From: a virus
Lineage: Duplodnaviria; Caudoviricetes
Reading direction: 5' to 3' (one strand)
Virus record (IMG/VR): IMGVR_UViG_3300032270_001670
Span: 1-49,116 of that record
Length of the DNA: 49,116 bases
Shown: piece by piece, positions 46,839 to 49,116 of the stretch
Layout: the number at the start of each line of letters is the position of its first letter
Position numbering within the stretch: the stretch's first letter is position 1
Made by a program: the position numbers and the translations under genes
Notes under the pieces: generated by a model
What the model was told of the DNA's origin: nothing
The model's database searches: none
The model's input: only the letters and a program-made list of their open reading frames with translations

Positions 46839-47434
46839 TGTCAAAACAAGCACCGGATTTTACAGTCGCAAATAATTCACATTGTTTTATTCATTGTGGG
46901 TCTGTTGGACCTGAATCTAAAGATGATGGTAGAGATTTAACGATTATGACTTCCGCAAATAATCATGTTGTTTATGCAAAAAATGGAAGTAAAGTTGAAC
47001 ATATTCAGGGTGCTAGTTATGAAACTTGTGGACATGAAATAGATCCTCAGCAAAAAGAAGCTGTTGGTAAAGCTATTTGTATTAAAAATGGTGATTTAGT
47101 TTTAAATGCAGAAAGAGGAAACATAAGATTAAAAGCAAAAAACATATTTTTTGAAACTAAAGGTGGTAAAGGTGAAGGTAATTTTTTAGTTAGTTCAAAT
47201 GGATACATTATTCTTGCCTCTACCGAAGAAGTTAGATTGGCTGGATCGAAAATTTGTATAAATGGAACAGCTGGAATTAATCTTGTAAGCGGAAATTTTA
47301 TTAGCATGTCTGGGGACATGAAAACCTTTGGTCCAGTTACTGCAATATCAACTATAAAAAGTTTGCTTGCTGGAAATTGGGGAAGTTTAATTGAAGGACT
47401 AACAAATTCTTGCGGAAAAACTGGAGCAGTGTAG
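46838..47434 (+). CDS. Putative gp5 C-terminal spike-like protein
   Basis: NGDLVLNAERGNIRLKAKNI beta-helix-like spacing; position. Confidence 0.55.
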   Translation: MSKQAPDFTVANNSHCFIHCGSVGPESKDDGRDLTIMTSANNHVVYAKNGSKVEHIQGASYETCGHEIDPQQKEAVGKAICIKNGDLVLNAERGNIRLKAKNIFFETKGGKGEGNFLVSSNGYIILASTEEVRLAGSKICINGTAGINLVSGNFISMSGDMKTFGPVTAISTIKSLLAGNWGSLIEGLTNSCGKTGAV

Positions 47435-48325
47435 ATGGCATATCAAGATTCTAATTCATTTGGTATAATAGAAGGATTAAACGTAGTTTTTGGAGCTGCA
47501 GTAAATATCCCAACAAATTTTTTTAAAAGTGGAGTTGCAAACATATACGAAGGATATTTTGGTCAGTCAACTGGTTTAGATTTTGCAGCTTTAAATGTGG
47601 GACCAAATCCAACAACTCCATTAAGTATGAGTTTAAAGGGTCTTTCAAATTTCTCAGGATTGCACACTCAAACAGGAGGTTTTGTTTGTAAAGGAATGGT
47701 GAACTTGATAGGTTCATCTTTTTCATCTGATTGTGTATCAACTACATTTAAATCTAAAAGTTTTTCGGTATCCTCAGCCTCAGGAAACAAATTTGTTTCT
47801 GCTAAATCTAATACTATTGTATCTCCGACTACAAGTATTCAAAGTAAAATAACTTCCATAAGAGGGCAGGTTTTTATTGATGGTTTAGGAAACTTAGCTG
47901 CTACAGTAAACTCTAAGAAAGGATTTGATATTCCTCATCCAAATAAACCGAATCATCGTTTAAGGCATATTTGTGTAGAAGGACCAGAGTCTGCAGTTTA
48001 TGTGAGAGGAAAATTGGTAAATAATAATATTATTGATCTTCCTGATTATTGGAGTGGATTGGTTGACCCAGAAACAATTACTGTTAATCTTACTCAAATA
48101 GGACATAGTCAAGATTTAATTGTGGAAAAAATAGAGTGGGGTAAAAGAATTGTTGTCAAATCTGGAAATGGAACAAGTATCAATTGTTATTACCAGGTTT
48201 GGGCAGATCGTTTAGGGGAAAAATTAATTCCAGAATATGAAGGAATAACTCCAAATGATTACCCAGGTGATAATTCTGAATATTCAATAGCTGGTTGGGA
48301 TTACGATAATAGATTAGCAAAATGA
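47435..48325 (+). CDS. Tail-associated protein with C-terminal FDIPHP/EGPE domain
   Basis: KGFDIPHP....RLRHICVEGPE..VYVRG....I.LPDYW..LV. Confidence 0.7.
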   Translation: MAYQDSNSFGIIEGLNVVFGAAVNIPTNFFKSGVANIYEGYFGQSTGLDFAALNVGPNPTTPLSMSLKGLSNFSGLHTQTGGFVCKGMVNLIGSSFSSDCVSTTFKSKSFSVSSASGNKFVSAKSNTIVSPTTSIQSKITSIRGQVFIDGLGNLAATVNSKKGFDIPHPNKPNHRLRHICVEGPESAVYVRGKLVNNNIIDLPDYWSGLVDPETITVNLTQIGHSQDLIVEKIEWGKRIVVKSGNGTSINCYYQVWADRLGEKLIPEYEGITPNDYPGDNSEYSIAGWDYDNRLAK

Positions 48326-49116
48326 CCAGAATTAAAATCTATTATGTAGATAGACCACCCGAAGAAATATCTTATCTGGAGGTAGATAGTCTTAGGGTAT
48401 ATGGAATTGCTGATATTGACCATGTAATTTTGAAGTATGCAACTTCATCGGAATGGTCTTCTGAAAATCCCGTTTTACTTGCAGGTGAAATGGGTATTGA
48501 ATCTGATACCCGTAAATTTAAATTTGGTGATGGAACAACATTATGGAATAACCTCGCATATGCAAGTGGAGAAGGCGGAGGCGGTGGTGGTAGTGGCCAA
48601 GGTACTCAAGGACTTCAAGGATCTTTAAGTAATTTTCAAGGACTTCAGGGATCTCTAAGTAATTTTCAAGGTACTCAAGGACTTCAAGGTAATCAAGGTA
48701 ATCAAGGAAGGCAAGGTGTACAGGGATCTCTAAGTAATTTTCAAGGTGTACAGGGATCTTTAAGTAATTTTCAAGGTACTCAAGGTCTTCAAGGTTTACA
48801 GGGAAGGCAAGGTCTTCAAGGACTTCAAGGACTTCAAGGACTTCAAGGATTACAAGGTCTTCAAGGTGATCAAGGTCTTCAAGGCGTTCAAGGACTTCAA
48901 GGTAATCAAGGTAATCAAGGATTACAGGGGCAACAAGGTACTCAAGGCACTCAAGGCACTCAAGGCACTCAAGGACTTCAAGGTAATCAGGGCAATCAAG
49001 GTCTTCAAGGTCTTCAAGGTCTTCAAGGTGTTCAGGGGTCACTAAGTAATTTTCAAGGTACTCAAGGACTTCAAGGACTTCAAGGTCTTCAAGGACTTCA
49101 AGGTCTTCAAGGAAGA
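48322..49116 (+). CDS. Collagen-like tail fibre with Mtd_N/hyaluronidase-N-like anchor, 3'-truncated
   Basis: ATG 48322: ...EWSSENPVLLAGEMGIESDTRKFKFGDGTTLWNNLAY then QGX repeats, open to window end. Confidence 0.88.
   Translation, partial: MTRIKIYYVDRPPEEISYLEVDSLRVYGIADIDHVILKYATSSEWSSENPVLLAGEMGIESDTRKFKFGDGTTLWNNLAYASGEGGGGGGSGQGTQGLQGSLSNFQGLQGSLSNFQGTQGLQGNQGNQGRQGVQGSLSNFQGVQGSLSNFQGTQGLQGLQGRQGLQGLQGLQGLQGLQGLQGDQGLQGVQGLQGNQGNQGLQGQQGTQGTQGTQGTQGLQGNQGNQGLQGLQGLQGVQGSLSNFQGTQGLQGLQGLQGLQGLQGR
48598..49116 (+). repeat. Degenerate QGX 9-bp repeat with recurring GSLSNF interruptions
   Basis: caaggactt/caaggtact units; taagtaattttcaagg occurs five times. Confidence 0.95.

Noticed and set aside
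48518-49042. 174 aa minus-strand LEDLE-repeat ORF
   Set aside because: Antisense shadow of the QGX repeat gene
48598-49116. CRISPR array or terminal repeat matching 1-291
   Set aside because: Repeats are in-frame coding triplets without unique spacers; I found no long exact overlap between the ends

Overview
A 49 kb fragment of a T4-like myovirus, most likely a cyanophage (inferred from thyX-phoH-exonuclease-gp33-gp59-gp32 synteny, ATAAATA/CTAAATA late promoters, an NtcA box and glutamine-riboswitch-like RNAs). Both ends stop inside Gln-Gly-X collagen-like fibre genes. Order: (1) 1-8829 fibre/Gly-rich structural genes, two 2OG-Fe(II) oxygenases and a deletion scar; (2) 8869-25446 a 16.6 kb, 17-gene glycan cluster (glycosyltransferases, methyltransferases, WavE-like proteins, NDP-sugar enzymes) containing a nucleotidyltransferase-cupin-RuBisCO-like protein (form IV) trio, the most unusual element here; (3) 25482-32546 conserved replication-region genes, including an NtcA box + tandem glutamine riboswitch + DUF4278 peptide unit missed by the ORF track; (4) 32605-49116 baseplate/tail genes, with a candidate -1 frameshift joining gp26 to gp51, two tape-measure-like paralogs and a split gp5 carrying a PEBP-like domain. 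All calls come from motif recognition by eye; no searches were run.
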